64,000 bases of DNA from Octopus vulgaris (lineage: Eukaryota): contig OX597823.1 of NCBI GenBank assembly GCA_951406725.2, positions 88,970,001-89,034,000 of the forward strand, in the 5' to 3' direction. Under the pieces are notes generated by a model that had not been told where the DNA came from, did not search any database, and was given only the letters and a program-made list of their open reading frames with translations. This document shows positions 1 through 13,586 of the stretch, one piece after another. Numbering within the stretch: position 1 is the first letter of the stretch; every line of letters begins with the position of its first letter. A program made the position numbers and the translations under genes.

Positions 1-301
1 ATTTGAATATATATTCTTTCTTAAGAAAAATGTTGTCCATGTTGTGTGTGATGAAATTCACGAGCTAATGAATTCACAAGTAGATAAATAAAGGGGGGTA
101 ATCTGTTGTCGTTATTATTGTTATTGTTGTGGGTAAGGGAGATAACTGTTCAGCTTTCGGTAATGGGAGGGGAATATATATGTGTACAGAGAGAGACAAG
201 TTTCAAAAACCTTGTTTAGTACAGTGATGTAATCGTGAAGTGAAATATGTAAAAAGATAAAAGTTGGTTATGTGTGCATATTAACACGTGTTTTGTATTT
301 T

Positions 302-560
302 TCAATGAAAAATGTTTATTTTATTTAAACATTCTAGTTGAGAGATTGTGTCTTTGCACTGGTAGAAATGGAAGACTGTGAAATTTGGTTTGATGATACC
401 TGCACTTTTTTCTATATGTTCACTGAGAGGAATTTGTCTGTATTGTGGGAAACGGACTTGCTCTTTATGTAGAGTGGTTCTCTTGCTCAAGGTCATACTT
501 GTTTGTCCAATATAGTGGTGTCCGCAACCCGAGCAGGTTATTACATAATTTAGGTTCTCA
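302..560 (-). pseudogene. Penelope-like GIY-YIG endonuclease 3' fragment
   Basis: Translation NLNYVITCSGCGHHYIGQT...RTTLHKEQVR...PLSEHI matches the PLE GIY-YIG pattern and resembles the C-terminus at 56170-56443. Confidence 0.8.
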
Positions 561-594
561 AGGTTATATATATATATATAAGTATATACATATA

Positions 595-1454
595 CGTGGT
601 CTGTCAATATGTATTAGGACTATTGTCAGTGTAACATAGAGAAAATACGTAGAGTGAAGCCGCTTGGCACAGATTGACCTTGAACTCTGTTCTGTATGCG
701 CCTTAAGCTTTAACGTCCTACCTCAATTCCGCTGTTTACAGCACTGCTTGGAATGAAATGATCGTGTGATCGTCGCATTGACCTTGACAGATAATGTTGA
801 GCAGATTATCTCCATCAAATTTTGCCAAAAGCTTGGTGATACATGTTCAGAGGCCTGCGAAAAATTTTCCGAAAGCTTACATCGTTCTCGACACAATCAA
901 TAAGAGTTTGTACAACTGAAAGCCGAGTCAGTTGAAACCAGTTTTGGCACAAACTGAGCAGACACGTGTCACGCGTCTCATACCCAAATCTTCGGTGATA
1001 ATGGACTAAACTGAACCGTAACTAATCTGCACATATTCTGATAACTCACGGATGGTGATTCAGTGATTTCCCCTCAGAGCTGCACGCACATCTGTGATAT
1101 TATTCTCAGTTCTGGTGGTTGCAGGTGTCCCAGAACGTTCGTCAATATCGACAGATTTTCGGCCATCTTGGAAACCTCTGAACCACAGGTACACTTGTGT
1201 GCAGCTCATACACTTCTTGTAATTTTGCGTAGTCTCTAAGAAGGTATCCCCATGACAGCTTTCTCTGTCGTGGTCAATGCGACGATCACACGCTAAACAC
1301 CTTCCTTCCAAGCACTGCTGTAAACAGTGGAAGTGAACTTGAACGTTAAATCTTAGTGCGGAGGCACCGCAGAGTTCAAGGTCAATCTTTGCTAAGCGGC
1401 TTCACTCTGCGTTCTTTAACTTCGTTACTATGGATATTTATTGGCCGGAGCTCG
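595..1454. mobile_element. Internally deleted mariner-type DNA transposon with long imperfect inverted termini
   Basis: TA-flanked ends (tacgtggtctgtcaata / tattggccggagctcgta). Inverted blocks 650-690 vs 1370-1410 and 730-785 vs 1270-1328. Transposase N-terminal remnants on both strands (EQIISIKFCQKLG on +, MSCTQVYLWFRGFQDGRKSVDIDERSG on -). Confidence 0.8.
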
Positions 1455-1465
1455 TATATATACAT

Positions 1466-1467
<2 letters not shown>

Positions 1468-1552
<85 letters not shown>
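1468..1552. repeat. (GATA)n microsatellite
   Basis: Direct reading. Similar tracts at 17489-17607, 40833-40902 and 61059-61144. Confidence 0.95.
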
Positions 1553-1623
1553 TTTATATATATATATATACTTACATACATACATGCACACATATATTTA
1601 TACAGATGGAGAGGGGCAAGAAT

Positions 1624-1662
<39 letters not shown>

Positions 1663-3027
1663 GTGAGATGGAAAGAGGTAGGAAACGAAAGAGAAAAGCG
1701 ATGAAGGATATAAAAAAACTAATAAAACAGGAGATGTAAGATTAGCAAAAACGCTATTAGCGTAACACTTTAATGGGAAAAGAAAGACTTATCCTTTCGG
1801 ATTTAATTTCTTTACCTGAAGACATAGAAGTCAGATAGAGTGAGAAAGAGTAATTGTCAGTGAGAGCAGAAGAATATTCCGGTGAAGGAGTTTGGAATGT
1901 GGTGGGAGTGCGGTTCACTCTGGGAGAAATCAGGGAAGAATTTGGAAGGGAGTGCAATTCCATGTTTGGGAGAGTCTTGAAGCGGGCATATCTGTGAGGT
2001 ATTTATGTGAATTTGTAGGATGCGTATATTTATGTAGGAGTGAGTAATTGCAGAAGTACATTGGGGTAAGTTAGTAGAATGTGTGGTGTGGGATGGAATA
2101 GGTGTATGTGTGCGTGAAGAGGGTATGTGTGGAAGCAGGTTAGAGCGAATGAGTGTGAGGCAAATTGTAAGTTGTGAGGAATGTGGAATGGTGTTAGGTG
2201 TGTATACAAGACTATCAGTATGAATCTCTTTTACACGATAATAATTTGAGCTAAAATAAGAGGAAATTGAAAGGGTAGTTAAGTGTTATGTGAGAGACGA
2301 AATGACAAGGAATAAATTAATGGATATTATTTAAATATTAGAAAGCACTGTGAAGAAATTTGATAGAGCTTCCAAAGGATGATAAGTAACCAATGTGAAA
2401 CCAAAAGCGGAAATAGAAGCCAAAAGCTAAAATAGTTGTTGAGGGACATAAGAAGGGGGAATTTGTATCAGACGTGTGTGAAAGTGAATGAGTGCGAAGC
2501 GTGTTTTGTAGGAGGGAAAGTTGTAACTAAAATAAGCAGAGGAGGTGTAACATATATGGGAGTAGCGAAGCCAATAACAATGGAATTTACTAGAAAACAA
2601 CGAAGGCTCTACATAGCAAAGTTCTAGATACAGCGGAATAAGTTACTGTATATTTCTGCTAAAGGTCCACGAACAAATCCTTGTGTAGAAAGAAGCCATG
2701 GTCACCTTGCTTCCTAGTGTAAGCATTCCATCGTATTGTGAAAATTGATTTCAAATGGAAATTGGGGAAAGCCGCAAAATGTCTAACGTGTTGTACACCA
2801 AACCAAGATACTATACCCAACCAACATTCCTGGAAAATATGACTGAGAAGAAGTAATGCGAATATTAAAATACCTATGTTTGGCCTCCTCCAAACATAAT
2901 CTGTATGAAACCAATCATCACTGGGGAGAAGGTTTATTTCCATGGACATTCCGACTCCCTCCCCGCCCCAGATTATATTTATGATTCTTTATGACTTGTA
3001 GATTCTGATCCTTTCATTTATATTCTA

Positions 3028-3652
3028 CTAGCAGTATTGCCCGGCTCAACGGGGATTTCAGGGGAGAGTTTCAGGGAGTCGCTGGCGATGTATCGTGATG
3101 ATCAAAAATCCGGCCTGCTATAATTTGGTTAAAGTGATTCAAACTGCAGACTCAACGCAAAATGGTTACATTTAATTCAAAGCGTTAAAAATGTTATGAA
3201 AACAATTGTTATGTGTTCACAAAGTCCAAACGAATAATACGAAAAAACCCTCCAGGCTACATCCCGAAAATTCATTTCTTTGTCGAATTTCTACAATGTT
3301 TACGGCGATTCGGTTTTATAACATGATTTTTTATTTTTCACGCAATTTACGCGTACTTGCACGGTTGGTGAACACAGTTCACGTCAAACAGCTGACTGAG
3401 TAAAGTTCACTATTCAATGCATGGGATAAGGCCTAAACAAACACATTATCGATTTTTGCACTTGCGAGATGAATTTCGGAACAGAAGTAGCGCAGTTCAA
3501 TTTTCATTCGCCTAAACTTTAAGTGAACCATTTTTGGTGGTTCTACGATTTGTTGGCCTGGAGGAGATGTGCCGAGAAGTTAAACACACAGACACACACA
3601 CAGACACACAGATACACACACAGACACACAAATTGAGTTTTATATATAGAGA
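3028..3652 (-). mobile_element. Non-autonomous Helitron, complete
   Basis: Minus strand begins A|TCTCTATATATAAAACT and ends CCCGTTGAGCCGGGCAATACTGCTAG|T. This gives 5'-TC, a subterminal hairpin, 3'-CTAG, an A/T target and no TSD. Second copy at 27809-28416. Confidence 0.8.
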
Positions 3653-4286
3653 TTTATAATTGCGAATATATTCACTTATGAAAGGTATATTTTGACTGAC
3701 ATTTAGATTTTTCCCCCTACCCCTTTGTTTTAGACTCAGATCGTATTTATGATTTTTCTTAAAGTAATTCAGATCATATCTGTAATTGAGAAACATTTTC
3801 CTTCACTTAAACGTTTTTAGATTGTATTTAAATCATAACTATACTTACTTAGAACTCATTCTTTCAAAAACATAGCCATACACGGCTAAATCAAGAACAT
3901 ATGGAATTTTAATCCAAAAATTTAACCACATCCATACAACCAATCTCTCTCCCTTACGTTAATGAGTACAAAAGAATTAAAAATATACAAGACCATGAAA
4001 TGTAATTATAATTCTTACTGGAGAAAATCAAAAACAACATATGGTTTTCCAATTGCAAACTTTAACCACTTGAATGCAAAAATTCCTTTACTCACCACCC
4101 TGAAGGTCACTAAGTGGAAAGAAACAACAAATTGAATTCTAAACAAACAAGTCTGACCACAATGACGCAAAAGCCACGCCTCCTTTATCTGTTCCTCTCT
4201 CTCAAGTTTATTTCTTTTTCTTTTCCCTCCCTTCGCAAACCCCAAAGCACACTCCTTCCTTCTTTTCTCTTCTCTATCTCCATTAA

Positions 4287-4326
<40 letters not shown>

Positions 4327-4522
4327 CTCCCTCCCTTTCTAAAACATCATCAGTTTCAATTTTATATAGAAAGGCGAAACAAACTTCCTGTAAACCACTT
4401 TTGTGATAAATCCGACAACGGAAGAAAGGCTAAAAATCTAGATAAAAATATAATCATCCAACATTCTGACTACCTTGATATTCTCTCTTTATACATATGC
4501 GTATATGCACATACATATACAA

Positions 4523-4553
<31 letters not shown>

Positions 4554-4872
4554 TGTATGTATGTATGTATGTATGTATGTATGTATGTATGTATGGAATC
4601 AGAACTGAAGAAGATTTTTAAAAACAGAACAATTCAAATACAAGAGTCAGTGAGAGGTCATAGCTTCGATCACCTATACTGCTAGATATAACACACATCC
4701 TCAATTCTTTCTTCCACAAATTACCTGTTATTCTCTTGAAAACTAAAACTCTAAAGTATCCTTCAACTTGAAACGAAAGGATTATGGTCACAGATGTGGC
4801 CATTATCACATCTGATCGTTAGCCAAGAGAAAAAAGCAACAAATATTCGATAAGATATACATTACAGCTTAA

Positions 4873-5060
4873 GGCGGCGAGCTGGCAGAATCGTCACGTC
4901 GCCGGAAAAATTGTTTAACGATATTTTATTCCGACTTTACGTTCTACGCTAAAGTGTACCCGGAGTCAAGTTTATCTGTCATTCTTTTGAGCACTGGAGC
5001 CGATGCGATAAAATTTACCCCTACCCCGAAACTTCAGGCCTTGGTCCAAAATTTGAAAAT
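4873..5060 (+). mobile_element. Degenerate tRNA-derived SINE (family A, GGCGGCGAGCTGGCAGAA head)
   Basis: Head matches copies at 10661, 29352 and 31859. Confidence 0.65.
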
Positions 5061-5067
5061 TTGAAAA

Positions 5068-5455
5068 GGCGCAGGAGTGGGTGTATGGTAAGTAGCTTGC
5101 CTCCCAAGCACATGGTTCCGGGTTCAGTCCGACTGCGTGGCACTTTGGGCAAATGTCTTCTACTATAGCCTCGGACTGACCAAAGCCTTGTGAGTGGAGT
5201 TGGTAGACGGAAACTGAAAGAAGCACGTCGTACATATATATATGTGTGTGCGTGTGTGTGTTAGTGTGTCTGCGTTTGTCCCTCTCCCCAACATCGCTTG
5301 ACAACCGATGCTGGTGTGTTTACGTCCCAGTCACTTAGCGGTTAGGCAAGAGAATAAGTACTAGGCTTACAAAGAATACGTCCTGGGGTCGACTTGCTCG
5401 ACTAAAGGCGGTGCTCCAGCATGGCCGCAGTCAAATGACTGAAACAAATAAAAGA
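5068..5455 (+). mobile_element. tRNA-derived SINE (family B, with central TA/TG microsatellite)
   Basis: A/B-box-like head GGCGCAGGAGTGG...GGTTCAGTCC and tail GGCGGTGCTCCAGCATGGCCGCAGTCAAATGACTGAAAC. Copies at 50373-50779, 51185-51475 and 57880-58105. Confidence 0.85.
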
Positions 5456-5779
5456 AAGTAAAATAAAGTAAAAAATAAAAGTCAAATTATGTCAAATCAC
5501 AGCAAATTTTTCCAATCTCCTTACAATTTTACTTCTTTAATATTTAGAGCGTTAATATAAGAATTCTCTTCGGTTTGAAGCCTATATCAGAAGTATCGGT
5601 CATAGGTGAGAACACTGAATACTTAAGAGAATACAGGCGGAATCTGCTGACATATTTTCTAAAATAGACTTTGATTATTTAGACTGTGTATTCGATCTTA
5701 AAGTACTGACGTGAGTCATATTCACAAAATTTGATGAAAGAAAGGTAATAAGATGATTAATATTGCTATAATAATATTA

Positions 5780-6080
5780 AGAAGAAGAAGAAAAAAAGAA
5801 GAAACAGAAGAAGAAGAAGAACAACAACAACAACAACAACAACAACAAGGAGGAGGGGAGAAGAAGAAGAAGAAGAAGAAGAAGAAGGAGGAGGAGGAGG
5901 AGGAGGAGAAGAAGAAGAAGAAGAAGAAGAAGAAGAAGAAGAAGAAGAAGAAGAAGAAGAAGAAGAAGAAGAAGAAGAAGAAAAAGAAAAAGAAAAAGAA
6001 AAAGAAAAAGAAGAAGAAGAAGAAAAAGAAGAAGAGGAAGAAGAAAAAGAAGAAGAGAAATGATGGTGGTGGTGGTGATG
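5780..6080. repeat. Compound trinucleotide microsatellite (GAA/CAA/GGA/GGT)n
   Basis: Direct reading. It accounts for the poly-K/poly-F/poly-S ORFs. Confidence 0.95.
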
Positions 6081-6645
6081 ATGGAACGGGTGTTTTGAGG
6101 AGGAAGACAAGAGCAACGACGGCTTCGACGACGGCGACGTGAAAGGAGAATTGCTTGTTTGCGAGAAAGTGTGCCAATATATCCGATAGATAATGGCAAA
6201 AGCAAAGACTTTCCAAGAAACGGTCTCTTACTATCAGTATATATAATATTGGAGTTGATTGAAAATGAACATGATTTACAATATATATGCAATGAATAAA
6301 TAATAGCGAGGGGACATTACGGATGACATAGTAGTGAATATCATGTTTCATCAGGCAGCAACAAGGAAGGCAACGTTACAAAATATTAATAAATCACAAT
6401 TCGGTGATAATTCTCGTGTTCCCAATCGTATAAATATGCAAATATTCATATGGCTCTAGATATAGGTTAACTACATGAAATATAATAATGTGTGGACACT
6501 CGAATTATAAACATTACACTCAAGCATCTGCACACACACACACACACATATATATACATATATATATATACGTTTAAATATTTGTTGTGCAAGATTTTTT
6601 ATGCTAAACTGGCAAAATGACAATTCCGAAATATAACAATATATA

Positions 6646-6688
<43 letters not shown>

Positions 6689-7089
6689 TGGGACCACTAC
6701 TGTTTGTAGTGACTCCCTCAGACATGCCCTCAGTCGTAGCCAGCCAAGATACAAAGGTGCCTCAGGTAATCAAGTACCCTGATGACATAGCAAAAACTGC
6801 AAAATGACCTGCATGCAATATACATAGAGTGTTGAAACTTATCAGTTTCAAGCACTCCTCTATCGGCCCACAAACAGACTACAATCTGGATACATAGGAC
6901 CAGGCGGCAGTGCAATACCAGAGTATTGATAGAAAGATATGTTACCTGGGAATTTGCATGAGTAGTGATGCAACATTCCATGTGCATATAGGCGAGTAGC
7001 TGGATGGGTCCTTAGATCATTCAGAACAAATAAAGATGCTTTGCTACTCCTATGGAGGATATTTGTCCCCAGCCGTATGGATTCCTGCT

Positions 7090-7645
7090 CCCAACTTTGG
7101 TCACCGCAGAGCGTCGAATTGGTGGCAGAACTTGAAGTAATCTAGCACCAATACACAAAGAAGGTTGACTCGGTGAAACAGATGAGCTACTGAGAGAGAG
7201 TACAACAACTGAAACTCTACTCCTTGGAGAGAAGGCGAGAAAGTTATGCAGTGAAGGTCAGGCTCCCAACTGCGGAATCAAAAGCTATTACATCCACCGA
7301 ACTGAACGGCACTGCATACTACCAGAAATACAGTGTTCTTCATCTTAGATAAGGACCCAATATGGCAACAGCCTGGGTTTCAGTGGACCACAACTGCTTA
7401 AAATCCTGTCAAGGAATCTAAGAGATCTCCAAGCTTTAGATGTGGAAGTGTTCAAAAAGCAACTGGTCAAATTTCTATCTGAAATCCTAAATGAATCCAC
7501 ATCGCAGCACAAAGAAGAACACCATCGTCCAATTCGCTTCTTCTTCATTATCAAAAACAGTCCCGAAAGGAAACTCCAAAACACTGAAAGACGGTGCTCC
7601 AACATGGTCCCAGACTCTAGCTGAAACCAATTAAAATGATAATAA
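7090..7645 (+). mobile_element. Decayed CR1/L2-type LINE 3' end
   Basis: Remnant peptide VQQLKLYSLERRRESYA...YGNSLGFSGPQLLKILSRNLRDL...VEVFKKQLVKFLSEI is typical of the RT C-terminal region of these LINEs. It ends in a tail shared with SINE family B. Confidence 0.7.
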
Positions 7646-7776
7646 ACTAGAAAACAAATATATATATATATATATATATGTGTGCGTGTGTGTGTGTGTT
7701 TATGTAGGACTATATATTGTATGTTCTTAATATATTCTTAGCATATTTATATATTCATATTTTATTGCATTTTAAT

Positions 7777-7840
<64 letters not shown>

Positions 7841-7844
<4 letters not shown>

Positions 7845-8030
7845 TAACAAAAGAAAGAAAGATACCTCAATATTATGTAAATTGAGGAAATTTATCTGTA
7901 AAATAATATGTGAGAATTATTCAATAGCCAGGATAAAACTCTGAATTTCGGATGCCGAGGTGAAAATCCACAACACCATCTCTTCGGTTATCTGGCTATT
8001 GAATAATTGTCACATATTATTTTACAGATA
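7841..8030 (-). mobile_element. Short foldback PLE terminus with degenerate hammerhead motif
   Basis: Inverted arms 7893-7936 and 7988-8030. Minus strand reads GATAA-CCGAAGA-GATG...CATCC-GAAA-TTCAGAG-TT-TTATC. Flanked by TA repeats. Confidence 0.5.
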
Positions 8031-10045
8031 TATTGTATGTACGTATGTATGTATATATATTTAGTACGTGATTTTGTGCACATAATAATTTTACAATATA
8101 TTTTAGTAACTTGTCTTTGTCTCTCATCATTAATTTCCCTATTTTCCCAGGGCTCAAATATACTGAGAAACATTTTATTTCTAGAAAATAAATTATATAT
8201 ATATATATATAATTACATATGTGTGTGCGTGCATGACTCTGTGTGTGCGCATGTATTCCATTTTGTTTGGAATATTGACACTTAAACTGTAAATAATAGC
8301 ATGTAAATATTAGGTTGAGAAACTATTATGGATAGAAAATGATGAAGCCTGCCTTCAACTTTTTCTAAGTAAACGGATTTGTCAATCCAATCTTTATATT
8401 CTATTATTTATGGCTTTATGTGATGTTCCTCAACATCTACTATTCCAAAACAGGATTATTTCACGTTGTCTCTAAAATTTATAAATTCTTATACACACGC
8501 ACCCTCATCAGATTGCACAACAGTTTCGATGCGTTCGTATTCAACGTCCATTATGTTGTGCTTTTACTCTACATCACAACGGGTAGAGAAATTTCTTGTC
8601 AGAAAAATATTCTTAAACAGCGCTTACGGTTATCGGCTACCATATGCTATCGTACAGCAATATAACACATTTTACTGGATATATATATGTATATATACGT
8701 ATGTATATTTAGCAGTGTAGAACAACTCTGTTGAACGATTTTTGAGAGATGGCGCTGGGTCTAAGTTTAAATGAAGTACAATTACTCTGTTAATATGAAA
8801 CTGTTTTCGTTATTAGTGAACAAAATATTTTAATTACGATTGCTGAATACATTTCTGCAACACGCTATATTATTGTAAGTCAAATTAACTAACATTAATT
8901 AATTATACTGTGGTACATCTAAGTAATACAGAATTGATATTGCCCTTTTCTGAATTCACATATGCTATTAAATATCAAACTGGTTTCATATATTGCACTT
9001 TTATCACCATATATATCCCTGGTAATTGTCATTTTTGCATTCTTGAAGGTGATCACATGTTAATAGAAACACAGACGTTTCTAAGATTTTTTTGTTGTTC
9101 TTGAAAAGCCAATTGCATATTTAGCGATAATGTTTATAATAAATAATTACAATATTTGGGTCTAATAAATATAAAGCATACACACGCGAGCGAGAGAATA
9201 TACCTATGTTTGTGTGAGAGTCAAGAGTTTATGTGTTTGTGCGTATGTGTATGCGTGCGTGCACAATAGACAGCTTTTATTCTTGACACATTAAACTTAA
9301 ACTTTTGTTTTTTGTTGCATTATTATCAACCCTCTTGGTTGTGTTTCATTCTGTCTCCTTTCCCCTCCCTTTATCTCCCTTTTGTCTCCCTCTCCCTTTA
9401 TCTCTCTCTCTCCCTCTCTCTCTAGCTTTATGTCTCTCGTTCTGTCTCTCCCATATTACTTTTCTTTTACATTTCTTCTGTCTTGTATTCTATATGCATC
9501 ATGCATTGTCCAATGTTCTTCCTTGAAGCATATGAAAACGTATTATTCCGTTATTAACCTGCTAGAAAAGTGACAAACCTCTTTTGAACTATGGGTAATC
9601 ATCGCGTCTTTTATATTCACATATGTTTCTGCTGTGATTGTTAGCCATCTTCGGCTGCCAAAAGACTTTCTCAATTACAGGCACGTTCATATCACTTTAG
9701 TTCTACCATTTCATTTAGAAAAAAGTATCGAGTGCAACATGCTAAACAAAATCATTATTACACATTAGCATCAATCTTAATTATATCTAAACTCCTCGTT
9801 TACTGTTTTCATCACACCTGTCTTCGACCATATTTGTGCAAATAATTATCTTAATAGAATGTTTAGGAGAGCATCTAATGTGCTCTGTGCCAAACCAACG
9901 ATAATGGTATATTTATCCAGAGAAGTCTAATTAGACTGACAGCTATCAACGAGAATCTTAATTATGTTATGTCTTGCTCACCACTCAATGGATCGATGTC
10001 GTTGGAAACAGCTTCCATGTACTACTTTTCATATACGAAGCAACA

Positions 10046-10084
<39 letters not shown>

Positions 10085-10660
10085 AGAGAAATAGAGAGAA
10101 AAAGAGATACAGACATACTTTGCGTCCGTTCGTACCTAGATACATTCATACACATATATACGCATGTATGCTCATACACGCACGCACGTATAACTTACTT
10201 GTCTCGATTATTGGACGTGGTCGTACTGGGGGCACGTCCTTAAAGGGTTTAGCCGAATGAATTAGCTATGTGGAGCATATTCTATCGATATCTTCGATCG
10301 ATCCGCTAGTTTATAAGAACATAAACAAGCCAACACAGGGTGTCAAGGAAACGTGGGATAGAAAGAAGACACAAAGCTACACGCACACACATCTATAACA
10401 ATAGATGTGTGTGTGTGTCTGCCCATGTTTGTCTGATTGATAGATAAATTTCTTCAGTTTCCGTCTACAAAAATGACTGTTATGGCATATGGCATTGGTT
10501 GGTTTCGTGTTATGGTAGAAGACACTTGTTCAAGGCTCCATGCAGTGGGACATGTATCTGCATAACGGAGAAATTGAGTTCTCAGTGAACGTATAAAAAG
10601 TGCGAGAAAATTTATTGCAGCTCTCAAAGCTACAGTTGAAATGCTGGGGACGTCCACACC

Positions 10661-10890
10661 GCCGCCTGAGCTGGCAGAAACGTTAGCACGCCGGTCGAAA
10701 TGCGTAGCCGTATTTCGTCTGCCCTTACGTGTTGAATTCAAATTCCGCCGAGGTCGACTTTGCCTTTCATCCTTTAGGGGTCGATTAAATAAGAACCAGT
10801 TACGCACTGGGGTCGATGTAATCGACTTAATCCGCTTGTCTGTCCTTGTTTGTCCCCTCTGTGTTTAGCCCCTTGTGGGTAATAAAGAAA
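10661..10890 (+). mobile_element. SINE family A
   Basis: Head GAGCTGGCAGAAACGTTAGCACGCC, B-box-like GAATTCAAATTCC, tail TGTTTAGCCCCTTGTGGG. Confidence 0.85.
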
Positions 10891-11071
10891 TATATATCGT
10901 TTTCGGATGTGTAAGGTACATAGCAAATCTCATCGTATATGTACAAGAAAACGTGCCAAAACATGTTTCAACAAAGATATTCAGCATAGAGTATGTTTTT
11001 GAATATGCAAACGCCCCTGATATGTCCATGCTTATACTATACACATACACATAAATAGGTTTTTATGTATG

Positions 11072-11111
<40 letters not shown>

Positions 11112-11114
<3 letters not shown>

Positions 11115-11294
11115 CTTTACTACCCACAAGGGGCTAAACACAGAGGGGACAAACAAGGGCAGACAAAGGGATTAAGTCGATTATATCGACCCCAGTGCGT
11201 AACTGGTACTTATTTAATCGACCCCGAAAGGATGAAAGGCAAAGTCGACCTCGGCAGAATTTGAACCCAGTACGTAGCGGCAGAAGAAATACCG

Positions 11295-11296
<2 letters not shown>
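11112..11296 (-). mobile_element. SINE family A, 5'-truncated
   Basis: Reverse complement of 10705-10890. Confidence 0.85.
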
Positions 11297-11359
<63 letters not shown>

Positions 11360-12144
11360 CATACAGACATGCACACGCGCGTACACATGCACGCGCACAC
11401 ACATATAGCTTCAAGCATGTTATACACAAGTCCGTTTTTATTCATCTCATCTGTCTGTGCACATACAGCTATATTAACCCGTACACTTGTCTATGCGTAC
11501 ACACACACATGAAAACCTGTTAATACTAAAATATACATGCACATACCTATGAATGCAATATAGGATCGTGAAGGCTCCAATTAAAATATTCGCAAAAGCA
11601 AGTGCGCAGTGTAGCCTTCATTAAAATGAAAGAAATCTTTCAATAAACACACACAAGTATTAAAAACTTGAATTTGGACATTTTCGGAGTTTAATTGTGC
11701 CTGCATGAATCATACATAGAATAGATGGAAGTGAAAGAGTCTATAACAGAACAGATTTATCATCGGATGTATTTATGAAAAGGTGCGATTATTAGGCTTA
11801 ATGTATGTAAAATCCTTGGTGTTATCGCTATTTTGCACGATTCTGTTCCCAGTCCTTAAGCATGTAATATATTTTGAGGATATTTACCCAGATGAGTCAG
11901 CATCGAGAGACAGCTAAAGTATATCTATATAATAAAATTATTGTCACATCGCTAGCTTCTTTGAAAACACCAACATTCTATTTCAAACAAGTCTGTTATA
12001 CGTGTATAGTTATTTGGTTACTGGTAAGAGTGATTTGGCCATCGAGGCAAGGTGCTATGTGTGATAATAGAAAGATTGATATCTATTTTAATATTAGCAT
12101 TCGCATTTTCTTCTGCATTATTGCATATATCTGTTTATCTCGGC

Positions 12145-12201
<57 letters not shown>

Positions 12202-12380
12202 TATGTGTGCATATGTATGTACAGTGGGGTCTCTATATATGACTTAATCCGTCGGAGAGCTGTTTGTTCACCAAATTGTCGTTCTTTGAGTAATTAAAAT
12301 ACACTCCATACCCGAACTCCAATGAAAAGCATGAAATGATGTTTTATTTGTCCATCCATCATAGCAAATACATAAACACA

Positions 12381-12426
<46 letters not shown>

Positions 12427-12760
12427 TGTGTGTGTGTATGTGTGTGTGTGTGTGTGCGTTTTCCTATTTGTCTTGTTTTTGGCAATCGATGGATTTTAGC
12501 AAAAAATGTATGTGAAATATTATTTTCTCTAAAATATACCGGAATTTGCATCATACTTGAAATGCTTACAATGATGTGAACGAGTCGTTCCTACACACAC
12601 ACACACATTATCTCCCCCCTCTCGCTATCTCTCCCTCCCAGCCACTTATATGAGTGCTTAGCAACTTGTTCAAATCACAAAATTCATCTTGTTTGCTGAA
12701 TTTAAGTTTCTTCAGAATAACCGTTCGTATACGGGTAACCCTGTAATGTATGTATATGTG

Positions 12761-12819
<59 letters not shown>

Positions 12820-13351
12820 GCACACGCATATATATACATACATATATACATAGGTATAAGTATATATATACATGTGTGTAAATATATATAGATGTAGATA
12901 TATATATATATATATACACTCATGTATGCACATATATATATATACGTGTATGTATATATACATATATATACGTGTGTATATATATATGCATACATATAGA
13001 TTCATATACACACATACATATATATATTTCTCTATATATATATTTGTGTGTGTGTGTGTATGTGTGTGTATGCATATACACACACACAGCATCAAAGCTC
13101 TGGACATTTTGCGTTTGTAATATATAGAGGTACATTGGTGTGATGCGCCAATTTGGCAGTGGATGCAGCCCATTTTCTTCTTAGTAAACTACAAACCTAT
13201 GAAAGGATCACTGTGCTCGTTAACAAAACCCTTTGACCTATTCGGAAATCGAACCCGTGTCCTTCGATCGTGAGTTAAATTGTGTCACCACTAAGCGACG
13301 ATTATTGATACACTCATAGAGACACACATACACATTCTTGTATACACATGC

Positions 13352-13394
<43 letters not shown>

Positions 13395-13446
13395 CGGTGG
13401 CGCCCCAGCATGGCCGCGGCCTTCGGGCTAAAACATTTTTAAGGAA

Positions 13447-13487
<41 letters not shown>

Positions 13488-13497
13488 GTATGTATAT

Positions 13498-13586
<89 letters not shown>

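Noticed and set aside
1760-2630. Purine-skewed stretch resembling a decayed LINE on the minus strand
   Set aside because: No motif could be read with enough confidence to assign it.
5722-6351. Long ORFs with poly-K/F/S/L runs, and the many [16 protein letters not shown] ORFs throughout
   Set aside because: Translations of stop-free microsatellites; no coding signal.
6340-6360. Minus-strand CTGATGAAAC
   Set aside because: No stem II between the core halves.
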